Shown: in pieces, positions 1 to 9,800 of the stretch
Layout: every line of letters begins with the position of its first letter
Numbering within the stretch: position 1 is the first letter of the stretch
From: a virus
Taxonomy: Duplodnaviria > Heunggongvirae > Uroviricota > Caudoviricetes
Direction: 5' to 3' (one strand)
Virus record (IMG/VR): IMGVR_UViG_3300035520_000451
Length of the DNA stretch: 25,638 nucleotides
Notes under the pieces: generated by a model
What the model was told of the DNA's origin: nothing
Seen by the model: the letters and a program-made list of their open reading frames with translations, nothing else
The model's database searches: none
Program-made: the position numbers and the translations under genes

Positions 1-215
1 GAATGATTAGATGGTCTATAATATCCACCAGTAAACAAACTTTTGTCCCAGTTTCCTAATGTATGTCTATAAAGTTTAGCAGAAGCAGCATTTTCTATCT
101 AACTATAAAAGTTTTTATTTACATAATCTGGCATATTAGCCTAGGAATCAACTTGTTCTCCAGTATTCAAGGATCCAAAGGGTGTTTGATATTTAGGTAT
201 TAATTTCGTACTCAT
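1..215 (-). CDS. Hypothetical protein, N-terminal part (continues beyond the window start)
   Basis: ATG at 215 overlaps the upstream TAA (TAATG). MSTKLIPKYQTPFGSLNTGEQVDS(Q)ANMPDY... is open to position 1 with 2 in-frame TAG. Confidence 0.75.
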
Positions 216-838
216 TATATTTTTCCTTGCCAAAATTTATTATGGTAATCTGCTCTTCTTCTTAGATTAATACTATTGTAATAATTAAAGATTGCATTAC
301 TAAAATCTTTATCAGTTCCATTAAAAAATGCTTGAGAAAGAGGATGATTCTTATTCCATAATTTTGGCCCATCTCCTCTATATAATACTCCCATAGCCAT
401 GATTCTTTTATTATCAGATAGTTTTAAATCTTTAGCACGTCTATTTAAAACTCCTTCAAGATATTTAAAAGTATTATTTTGAAATTGTCTCATTTCAGAA
501 TCATATAGCCAATTTCTTTTATTTTTACGTAAGTAGTCTGCAACTTCTTTATTAGTTACAGTATCTAAGCCAATTCCTATCTAATTATGATCATATCCTT
601 TCTAAGTTGGAGATGTCCATATTTTAGTTTTAGCATTATAACCAATTAAATCTGGATTTTCTATATTTTTTATATATTCATATAACAAAGTATCATAATC
701 CATTGGGGTTTGTTGCTAATAATTAAATGTAAAAGTACTTGGACTAAAATTATTCCAGTCTATAAGAAGATTATTTATATTTGGAGTATTTCCACCCTTC
801 TAAAATTTACGCAAAGGATTCTTTACTAATTTACTCAT
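215..838 (-). CDS. Divergent phage lysozyme-like (GH24/T4L-like) protein, 207 aa
   Basis: Extends track ORF 215..493 through 4 TAG to ATG 838 (ATGA overlap with the upstream gene). YIKNIEN...IGIGLD and C-terminal LRRRADY..FW resemble T4-type lysozyme motifs. The CDS is solid; the function is tentative. Confidence 0.5.
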
Positions 839-1602
839 TTTAAATATTTAATTACTTTATTATAACAATTAACTGCTGTGGGCACATACTAACTAGCAGG
901 AGCAGTTGCATATCCTTTATTAACTACATGAGTAAGTATTTTGGAAACCTAAGTCGGATTAAATTGTTTAAATACATTGTATCTAGAATTAGATAATAAG
1001 GATACTCTGTAATCACAATAATCTTCTATAGATTTAAAATTTCTAAATGTAGCAGTAGTATTATAGTATCCTTTTTCTTTACTATATTCTCTAGTTTTTA
1101 AAGTAGTTCCTGTCTTAGATTTAATTCCACCATAATTATAAGCTCCAGCTAGATGTTTACCCCAACCAGATTCTAGAGCAGCTTGGGCTGTAAGAATTGG
1201 GGCAAAATTAGGATCGAGACCTTTTTTAACTAATGCTTTTCTATAATTTGCTGTTAATACTCTTGCAAACTCTTTTTCACTAGTAAATTTCTAACTTGCG
1301 GTAATCTTACTACTAGCTTTAGTAGGTTTTTTAAGATTCTAATTTACTAATAAAGGATTCTTAAGATCTGTACGTTCTAAATTACTCTGTTTAAAATAAT
1401 CTTGCATAAACTAATCGTCATCATCTAAAAAAATAGTACTATCTTGATTCGTATAATAATCCTAAGGATATATAATATTATTTATTAAATTTTCTAAAGG
1501 ATTATCATAAGACTAAGTTAGTGTGATCTCTTTTTCTTCGGATTCTTCATTTTTTGGCGGTGGAGTTACATTTTCATAAGACACAAATAAATGTTCAAAC
1601 AT
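835..1602 (-). CDS. GH73 (FlgJ/glucosaminidase-type) peptidoglycan hydrolase with acidic N-terminal extension, 255 aa
   Basis: Open with TAG=Gln (7 TAG), ends TGA 835-837. Motifs AQAALESGWG, NYGGIK, TREY, FRNFKSIED, GYATAP..Y are typical of GH73. Confidence 0.9.
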
Positions 1603-1640
1603 AATTATAATTAATAATTTAAAAGGTAAATGATTAAGCA

Positions 1641-1928
1641 TTAAGAATTCCACTTTCTTGCGTTATCTGCAAAAGTAGCTCTTTTTCTGATAACAGGGTT
1701 TGAACTGTTTTTTCCTCTCTAGATACATTCCTGTGTTACAGTGCCACCACAGTACTAAGTAAACTTTCCTTTATTTTTCTTTTTAATATGAATCTTACTT
1801 CCATTTTTACATCTTAAAGTATAAGAGTCATATAGGGCATTACCAATAATCTAAGCCAAATTGGTATTATTAGAATAAAAGGAAAGTAAATTCTAAAATT
1901 GTTTTAAATTTGTATTCTAAGTATTCAT
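1641..1928 (-). CDS. Small basic protein, 95 aa, possibly virion-associated
   Basis: ATG 1928 to TAA 1641 with 5 TAG. The C-terminal half GSKIHIKKKNKGKFT(Q)YCGGTVTQECI(Q)RGKNSSNPVIRKRATFADNARKW is Lys/Arg-rich. Confidence 0.75.
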
Positions 1929-1951
1929 ATAATATGTAGTTTAGATTTTTA

Positions 1952-1983
1952 TTTGGAATATTCAAATATAACAATTATATTTG
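1952..1983 (+). promoter_or_regulatory. Bacteroidota primary-sigma promoter (-33/-7), rightward
   Basis: TTTG (1952-1955), 20-nt spacer, TATATTTG (1976-1983) matches the TTTG-N19-21-TAnnTTTG consensus, upstream of the plus-strand operon. Confidence 0.8.
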
Positions 1984-1994
1984 CTTATCGTAAA
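1963..1994 (-). promoter_or_regulatory. Bacteroidota primary-sigma promoter, leftward
   Basis: Minus-strand TATATTTG at 1970-1963 with TTTA (1 mismatch to TTTG) at 1994-1991 and a 20-nt spacer. ATG 1928 lies ~35 nt downstream. Confidence 0.6.
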
Positions 1995-2000
1995 TATATA

Positions 2001-2020
2001 TAGCTTTTACTTAAAAGCTA
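2001..2020. repeat. Perfect 9-bp inverted repeat (operator or 5'-leader hairpin)
   Basis: TAGCTTTTA-CT-TAAAAGCTA, just downstream of the predicted rightward start site. Confidence 0.55.
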
Positions 2021-2087
2021 ATTTAATGTTTACCTTTAGAATCGACAATTTTGTTGTATATTAGATATATTTTTATTTTATTTAACT

Positions 2088-2333
2088 ATGAATAAGAAAC
2101 AATTACTAAATTTATAGTTGTTATCTGCTGTCGGATTAGTGATAATGGGTTGCATACTATTAATTTTAGGTTTTACTGTTCCACCTCTGGGAGTAATTGA
2201 TAATTCAGTGCTTGTAGCATTTGGAGAAACATGTACTTTCTCAGGAGCCTTATTCGGAGTAGATTATAACTACAAGTATAAGATTCATATTAGTAACAAT
2301 CGTTTAGATGACTTGGAAAATAAAAAATAGTAA
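2088..2333 (+). CDS. Holin-like small membrane protein, 81 aa
   Basis: ATG 2088, TAG at codon 10, ends TAG-TAA. Two hydrophobic segments around PPLGVIDNSVL and a charged C-terminus; adjacent to two muralytic genes. Confidence 0.6.
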
Positions 2334-2361
2334 GTATAACTACGTGTAAATAATATGTAAT

Positions 2362-4287
2362 ATGAATATTGATAAGCAAAATGGTAATGTTGCATTCGCA
2401 GAGGACACTCATACCTACTGGAATGTTAATGATAATGAGAAGTACATATCGGTTACTACTTTAATTCACAGTTTTACTCAACCTTTTGATAAGGAGTTTT
2501 GGAGTGCATATAAAGCTCTTGAAAAATTAATTCCAAAAGAAAGTTGGGCTATAGAAAAGAAATCCTTATTAAACACTAAGAAATTTGATAAGGCTATCTT
2601 AGATTTATATAATATTACAGACAATGATTTCAATTCTGTTCAACAATCTATATTAGATGATTGGGATGAAGAGAATAGAAAATCATGTGAAAGAGGAACA
2701 AAAATTCATGAGGAAATAGAGCATTCTTTTTATAATAAAGCTACTGATATTTCCTTATCGAAATTTGGTATTGGAGGTAAATTTATATGCAAGAAAGATT
2801 ATTCTAAACTAGATTTAGAATATGGAGTTTATCCGGAGTACCTTATATATAGAGAATCTGAAGATGGTATTCTAAGAATAGCCGGACAAGTAGATTTAAT
2901 TATTAAATCAGGTAATGAAATTACAATAGTTGACCACAAAGGATTACCTTTAGATACACCTATATTAACATCTAAAGGTTGGTCAACAATGGGAGATTTA
3001 AAGGTTGGAGATAAAGTATTTGATAAAGATGGAAATTTATGTAATATTACAGTTAAATCAGCTGTACATAATAATCCTTGTTGTAAAATAAAATTTGACA
3101 ATGCAGAAAGTATTGTTGCTGACATTGATCATAGATGGTTAATTTCTTTTAAATTGCAAAATTCTACTAAGAGAAATCCAGATGGATACAAGCATCAAGT
3201 TATGACAACAATGGAATTAAAAACATATTTGGATTCTTTAGAAAAAAGAACTACTACTAATATTCCAAAAATATTAAATGCTAAACCTTTAAATAATAAT
3301 AAAACTAAACTTCCGTTAGATCCATACATATTAGGAGTTTGGTTAGGTGATGGAAGTAAAGATTGCGGAATAATTACACAAGCAAAAGATTCTGCATTAT
3401 GGAATGAAATACAATCTAGAGGATATGAGTTGGGAGAAAATTTAAATCATGATCCAGAAAGGGCTAATGTAGAAATGCGCACCATTTATGGTATTAGAGG
3501 TATATTAAATTATTTAGGAGTGCTTAAAAATAAACATATTCCTGATATATATCTATTAGCTTCTTACGAAGATAGACTTGATCTATTACGTGGTTTAATG
3601 GATACGGATGGGTACTTTCACCCAACTAGGAAAAGATTTGTCATGACAACTTCATTTGATTGGCAAATGAAAGGTATGAAACAATTAGTTTCTTCTTTAG
3701 GATGTAAAGTTTCGGTTTTTAAAGAAATTCATAAATGTGAGGGAAAGGAATTTCCAGGATGGAATATTAATTTTACTACTAATAAATTTAATCCATTTCT
3801 AATTAGAAACACTGAAATAAAAGATATTTCTTTAAAGGATAATAATTCTTTTAGAAATATAGAATCCATAGAATTTGTAGATACTGTTCCTACTCAATGT
3901 ATCGCTGTAGATAGTCCATCTCATACTTATCTTTGCACAGACTCTTTAATAGTAACTCATAATACTAATAAAAAAATTGACCAGAAGTCTGCATATAATG
4001 CTTCTACTAGGTCTACCGTCAAAATGAAGTATCCATTAAATACTTTAGATGATTGTAATTATAATCATTATCAATTACAGTTATCCACATATGCATGGAT
4101 GCTACAGAAAATTAATCCTGATTTCATTATAAAAGATTTAATATTAAATCATTATGATCATAATGGAAAAAATACTTTATATCACTGTGAGTATTTGAAG
4201 AAAGAGGTTGAGAAAATGTTATACTTTTATAAAAAGCAAGTCATATTAAACAAACAAAAGGAAAAACGGAAAAGAATAGAATATTAA
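2362..4287 (+). CDS. PD-(D/E)XK exonuclease-family protein with intein (641-aa precursor, ~300 aa spliced)
   Basis: H.Y...YISVTT, RGTKIH, E...IAGQVDL...IVDHK|TN and HYQLQLSTYA motifs. No TAG codons. Confidence 0.88.
   Translation: MNIDKQNGNVAFAEDTHTYWNVNDNEKYISVTTLIHSFTQPFDKEFWSAYKALEKLIPKESWAIEKKSLLNTKKFDKAILDLYNITDNDFNSVQQSILDDWDEENRKSCERGTKIHEEIEHSFYNKATDISLSKFGIGGKFICKKDYSKLDLEYGVYPEYLIYRESEDGILRIAGQVDLIIKSGNEITIVDHKGLPLDTPILTSKGWSTMGDLKVGDKVFDKDGNLCNITVKSAVHNNPCCKIKFDNAESIVADIDHRWLISFKLQNSTKRNPDGYKHQVMTTMELKTYLDSLEKRTTTNIPKILNAKPLNNNKTKLPLDPYILGVWLGDGSKDCGIITQAKDSALWNEIQSRGYELGENLNHDPERANVEMRTIYGIRGILNYLGVLKNKHIPDIYLLASYEDRLDLLRGLMDTDGYFHPTRKRFVMTTSFDWQMKGMKQLVSSLGCKVSVFKEIHKCEGKEFPGWNINFTTNKFNPFLIRNTEIKDISLKDNNSFRNIESIEFVDTVPTQCIAVDSPSHTYLCTDSLIVTHNTNKKIDQKSAYNASTRSTVKMKYPLNTLDDCNYNHYQLQLSTYAWMLQKINPDFIIKDLILNHYDHNGKNTLYHCEYLKKEVEKMLYFYKKQVILNKQKEKRKRIEY
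2941..3963 (+). mobile_element. Class 3-type intein with LAGLIDADG homing endonuclease, 341 aa
   Basis: Starts GLPLDTPILTSKGW; block B DHRW; block F TQCIAVD; ends IVTHN|T. Endonuclease motifs LGVWLGDG and LRGLMDTDG. Confidence 0.9.
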
Positions 4288-4305
4288 CAAATCTTTATCT
4301 TAAAG

Positions 4306-4335
4306 GACGTTTTCAAACTATCTATAGTTTACGTC
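4306..4335 (+). other. Intergenic stem-loop (possible terminator or processing site)
   Basis: GACGT/ACGTC plus AAACTA/TAGTTT stems with a 4-nt bulge and a TCTA loop; T-run ~12 nt downstream. Confidence 0.3.
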
Positions 4336-4370
4336 ACCGCTCGTACTTTTTAAAGTTAATATTTTTAAAA

Positions 4371-4637
4371 ATGGAAATAGGTCAAATAGTAAAAGGACAT
4401 ATCAATGAAATGTTGGGCTTGAACTAGGATATTTCTCAATAGAGACTGAAAATCTGTTATTCCTGTCCATTGTACTCCGGTAAACTCGGAGGATTGTGTA
4501 ATAGTAGGTTATGGTTAAACCCTAATACTGGAGATGTAAGTACAACTTGGAGAGAGGGTTATAAAAATGGGTGTGGTTGTCGACTTAGTGCCAAGACTAA
4601 AGTTGCAGAAGCTCATTGCCCTCTCAATAAGTGGTGA
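4371..4637 (+). CDS. Cys-rich putative Zn-binding protein, 88 aa
   Basis: 2 TAG. RLKICYSCP...LC...GCGCRLSAKT...HCPLNKW. Missed by the ORF track. Confidence 0.8.
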
Positions 4638-4665
4638 AAAGAAAATTTTTAAATGCTAATGAATT

Positions 4666-5253
4666 ATGTCAAAGAATGTAAGACTCGATTTAACTGAAAA
4701 TGAAAAATTTGCTAGAGAAATGTCTGGGTTGGAATCTACTGCTCAGCATTTTGCTATGGGGCAAGATTTAGATACTTTAATTGCTAAAGAAAAGGCAAAT
4801 AAATTTAATGACCAAGTAGGCGAATATATGGAAAAGATTGATAAACACGCAGAACTACTTAAACAATATACTGAATCTATTAAGGAGAATATGAACTCTG
4901 TAGAAATTAAGCCTATGCTTACTAGAGTTCTTATTAAGCCGTTTGAAATAAATCCTTTCCAACAAATTAAGGTATCTAATTCCGGACTTATTATTGATTC
5001 TGGCGGTCTAGCTCCTGAAGCTTTTTCTAATGATTCAGGTAAGTGGGAAGAACAACAACAGGCAATTGCAGTAGGTACTGTATATGATGTAGGCCCAGAT
5101 TGTAAATATGTAAAAGAAGGAGATGCTGTATTTTATCAAAGAGCTGCAATGGTTCCAGTTCCTTTCTTTAAGCAAGGATTAGTTACAGTCTCAGAGAGTC
5201 AAATAATTGCTGTAGTTAACGAAGGATTAACTGAACGTTTTAAAAATGTGTAA
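4666..5253 (+). CDS. GroES/Cpn10-like co-chaperonin with N-terminal helical extension, 195 aa
   Basis: IKPMLTRVLIKP, SGLII, GTVYDVGP, VKEGDAVFY and ESQIIAVV match the Cpn10 pattern. No TAG. Confidence 0.8.
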   Translation: MSKNVRLDLTENEKFAREMSGLESTAQHFAMGQDLDTLIAKEKANKFNDQVGEYMEKIDKHAELLKQYTESIKENMNSVEIKPMLTRVLIKPFEINPFQQIKVSNSGLIIDSGGLAPEAFSNDSGKWEEQQQAIAVGTVYDVGPDCKYVKEGDAVFYQRAAMVPVPFFKQGLVTVSESQIIAVVNEGLTERFKNV

Positions 5254-5254
5254 T

Positions 5255-5479
5255 ATGGAAGAAAATATTTTCTATAAACCAGGAGATGTAGTACAATTAA
5301 AATAGGATATTCCTAATAAACCTTTAATGATTGTGGTTAAAAAGGAAACATCCCTATTTAAGAATAATATGGAAGATAAAAAGAATGTACTAAAAGGCAT
5401 TCGATGCAGATGGTTTACTACAACTGGCGAGTTGCAAGAAACCATCTGGAATACTAAGGATTTAGTACTAATACATTAA
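5255..5479 (+). CDS. Small SH3-like (YodC/DUF2158-like) protein, 74 aa
   Basis: YKPGDVVQLK(Q)...PLMIV...IRCRWF..GELQ...L pattern; 1 TAG. Confidence 0.65.
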
Positions 5480-5492
5480 TTTTATAAAAATC

Positions 5493-6266
5493 ATGAACGA
5501 AGAACAAGTTAAACAAGCGTTTATGTAGTACCTGCAATAGAAGTCAGGTGCAAAGAATCAACAAGAACTTGAAGCTTATATTCAACAATTGGGTGAAGAA
5601 GGACTTAAAAAAGAATATGCTGAGTTTATGCAACTTATGCAACAGCAACAAGTTCAAGCCGCAAAATTCGGAGCTAAACTTAATTACATCAACACTTTAA
5701 GAGGTAATTGTCCAGAAGGATATACTATGCAATTCTATAAGAAAGGTGGTACCTTATGTAAGAAGTGTATGAAGAAAGTTTAGGCAGAAGAAACTCCTAA
5801 AAATCCTGTTGACGCTTTTCGTTGCGGTCGTAAAATGAAGAAGGCTGCTTGCGGTATGAGTGTCAAAAAAAAAGATTTGATTAAAGCTGATAATGGTGTA
5901 AAAGTACCTAATAAGTATCCTATGGAGTTTCGTAGATAGGTAGGTAATTTAGGAAACGGATACCAGTATATAACAGATATTGTGGCAAATCCAAATGATG
6001 GTCAAGGAAACTATATGTATGATTGGCCCAATATTTTAGCTGGACGTATGATATATGTAACACCTACAAGAAATGATACTCTTTACTTTAATTATCCAGA
6101 GGATTATGATACCTTTGGGGGTGGTGCAATGCAACCTGTAGCTAAGAAAGCTAAAAATTAGGCTAAAGCAAAAGCTAATTTCTATAAACAGGTTAGAAGA
6201 ACTGCTCCGGCTCCTGATAATAAAGAAGTGGAGAAAGCTAGAAGAAATGCGTTAAACGGTAAATAA
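5493..6266 (+). CDS. Hypothetical protein, Gln-rich N-terminus and Cys/basic middle, 257 aa
   Basis: Open ATG 5493 to TAA 6266 with 5 TAG; includes track ORF 5589..5783. Confidence 0.75.
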
Positions 6267-6270
6267 TAAT

Positions 6271-6858
6271 ATGATACAAAATATATTCCAATATGATAAT
6301 ATGCACAATAGGATTGAACTGAACATGCCTGAGATTCTCTTAGTTAGAGAGTTCTCTGCTCTAATGGAACATGAACGGAATATATGTAAAGAAGATCCTA
6401 AGGGAGTGCAAGGATTGAGAGCTTTTAGAGAGTTTACTTATATATGGTTAGCTATAGATTGGAAAAGTCCATATAGTGATTACGCAGAACAAGAACGACA
6501 TCAAGAAGCTCTTAAAGACTCAAGAATAACAGAAGAAGAATTTAATAATCCAGAATTTAGAGCTGCCTGCAGAAAATATCGAGAATTGCAAGAATCAAAT
6601 AGATCTATTAGAATGTTACAAGCTGCATAGAATACTGTTGACAATTTTATAGATTATTTTAATACTATTGTTGATTTATCCGATCGTGATTAGTCAGGAA
6701 AACCGATATTTAAAGTAAAAGATATTATTTCTGAAATTTCTTCTTTGTCCAAAGTGAATGAAGAACTTAAAACACTTGAAGGACAAGTAAAGAAAGAAAT
6801 GATGGAATAGACTAATATTAGAGGAGGTGCTACAGACGGATTTTTACCTAATCTTTAA
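6271..6858 (+). CDS. Helical protein upstream of terL, 195 aa (small-terminase candidate by position only)
   Basis: Track ORF 6271..6630 extends through 3 TAG to TAA 6858, 5 nt before the terL start. Confidence 0.7.
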
Positions 6859-6863
6859 TTATT

Positions 6864-9800
6864 ATGGAGACAACTAAAAGAAAACGAGGAAGACCACGTA
6901 AAACTTAGCTTCCAGACGAAATTTAGAAAATTGTTGAAGAAGTTAAAGAAAAGGAACAGCACGAATTTCAAGAGGTCATTGAAGAGGCTAAGAAAAGTCT
7001 TGACATGAATAGAAAATGGGATGTAGAATTGAAGGATTCCATAGAGTTCTTTGATTCTACATTATCATATGAACTAACTGGTTATAAACCTATCACTGAT
7101 ACTTAGGGTTTAGATTTTAATCCAGATTGGTTTACAACAGCACGAGACACTTTTATAAGAACTGGAAACTATTGTGAATTTAGACCTAATACTAAAGCTT
7201 ATGCTGATTTTTGGACATAGGAATATATTAATTGTAGAGAAGGATTAACTGTTAATGGTTATACTATTACTGGAGATCATTACTTCTTTTTAAATTACTA
7301 TCAATTAATGGATTTGACTAGCCCCAAAAAAGCTGGCGAAGGTCGTCTTTATGATTTTCCAAGATTCTTTGTTGCTTAGTATGAATTCTTTCACTATTTA
7401 GAAATGTGTAAGCGACTTAAAAAGAATGCAGCATTATTTAAAGCTCGTGGAGTCGGTCAACTAAAGAAAGGCCGACTATAAATTCCGTAAAATCGGTGAA
7501 GACTAAGGTAATTTATTATGTTGACACCGAGGTAAATTAATATGTAATAATATTAATCACCGTAACGCGTAGGTATATTGAACCTAACAATTTAATAATT
7601 AATTAGTAAACTATTTTTAAGTATGGCTAAAGAAAAATTTATAATACTTGATTTTAATAAAAATTATGCTATTTCCAATTATGGAAATGTAATGAATGTA
7701 AATACAAAAAAAATATTATCCCCACAAGATAAAGGATATTTATTTGTAACATTACATAATGTATCTAATACTAGAGGTAATAAAGGATATAGAAAACAAT
7801 ATAGAATTCATAGATTAGTTGCAAAATATTTTATAGAAAATCCGGATAACAAACCTTATGTAAATCATAAGGATGGAAATAAACATAATAATAATGTAGA
7901 TAACTTAGAATGGGTTACTGAATCAGAAAATACTAATCATGCTTATAATACTAAATTAATTCAAACTCAAAAACCTATTAAAGCAACTAATTTAAATGAT
8001 TCTTCTATAATCGAAGTTTTTGAAAGTCTTTCTGAATGTGCTAGATATTTTAATTGTAATAAATCTTATATTCATAGAGCATTGAATAAAACATACGGAA
8101 AAGATATTTATAAAGGATATAAATTTGAATATATTACTTGTTAGAATATAACATAGCAACAAATGTTGTAGGATACTACTCAAAACGCTAAAGAGAGTAA
8201 TAATCCTCCCAAGAGTATGGAACATTCTAGTTAGAATGAAAATGTACGCTGAACTTATAGGAAACTATAAGAACTATAGGATAAAAAGCCTATAGGATAA
8301 CAAAATTGTTTTCGGAGATGGATGCGTCAATTGCTGCTAATAGTTATAATTGTCGTAGAAATTCTGTTAATGTGATAGCAGCCTATTAGGATAATTATGT
8401 AATTAAAACTCTTGATAAGGTTTGGAAAGCTTTAAACTTTCTAAATGATCATACTAATGGAGGTTTCTTTAAATTAAGATAGGTTAGTGATACTTAGTAT
8501 TTAAAGAAGGCTTCTTACTATAAATTAATTAATGGACAGAAAGTAGAATCTGGATGGTTGTCATAGATACAGGGAATAATTGCTGACAAACCTAATAAAA
8601 TTCGTGGCGATCGTACTGATTTGCTTATCTATGAGGAGGGCGGATGCCATGCTCCTGGAACTAAAGTAATTATGTACGATGGATCTATTAAAAAAGTAGA
8701 GGATATTCGTATCGGAGATATTTTAATGGGAAACGACGGTACTCCTAGAAATGTAATTGAATTACATTCTGGAATTGATTAGATGTTTAAATTAATTCCA
8801 AATAATGGGTAGGAACAAATAGTTAATAGTAATCATATTATATATGGTAAATATAGAGATTATTCAAAGAATACCTATTAGGATTTTGAAATAAAAGCAA
8901 AAGATTACTACGAAATGATATAGAAATATCCTAGAAGAAAAGATAATTATAAGCTTATTAAAGCTAATAAAATAACTTTTAAACATTAGGATGTTCCTAT
9001 AGACCCTTATTTATTTGGATTTTGGTTGGGAGATGGTCATAGCGCTGATACTAAATTTACATCCAAAGATTCTGAAATATTAAATTTTTTGTAGAAATTT
9101 GCAGAAAATAATAATTTAAATGTATCATTTAGAGATTGTGATAATAGTATTGGATGTAAACATATTAGGTTTTCTGGAAAAGAAGGCTCTAATAATTGGC
9201 TTAGAATAAAGCTAAAAGAATTAGGAGTATGGGATAATAAATATATTCCAGATTGCTATATTTATAATAGCAGAGAAATTTTATTACAATTATTAGCTGG
9301 ATTAATAGATTCAGACGGCACTTATAATCCAGGTAAACATGAAGTATAGATTACTCAATATGAAGAGCATAAACAAATAATTGAAAAAGCTACTTTTATT
9401 TGCAGAATGTTAGGTATGCGAGTATCTACAGATGTTAGAATATCTAAATAGCGTATTATAAATGGAAAAACTATCAAAGGAGGAGTTAAACAGTATCGTT
9501 TAAAAATTTTATATGGACATAGTGAAATTCCTACAAAAATTGCAAGAAAGCAAACTGAAGAACGTTCTGAAAAATATAAATCCTCTAGAGATCGTTTAGC
9601 ATGTACTTTTAAAATAGAAAAATATAGTATAGGTGAATATTATGGATTTTCCTTAGATGGAAATCAATTATTCCTATTAGAAGATTTTACAGTATGTCAC
9701 AACAGTTGGCCAAATTCAACTAAAGCTTTTATCCAAGGAGATGCTTTAGTGTCTATCCAAGGTTAGAAGTTCGGGATTAAGATTATAGGAGGCACCGGTA

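Noticed and set aside
2829-3125. Minus-strand 98-aa ORF
   Set aside because: Antisense shadow of the nuclease/intein gene with no recognisable motifs.
8254-8296. Paired hairpins resembling terminators (also ~10003-10046)
   Set aside because: They are the P9 elements of the group I introns, conserved between both copies and lacking U-tracts.
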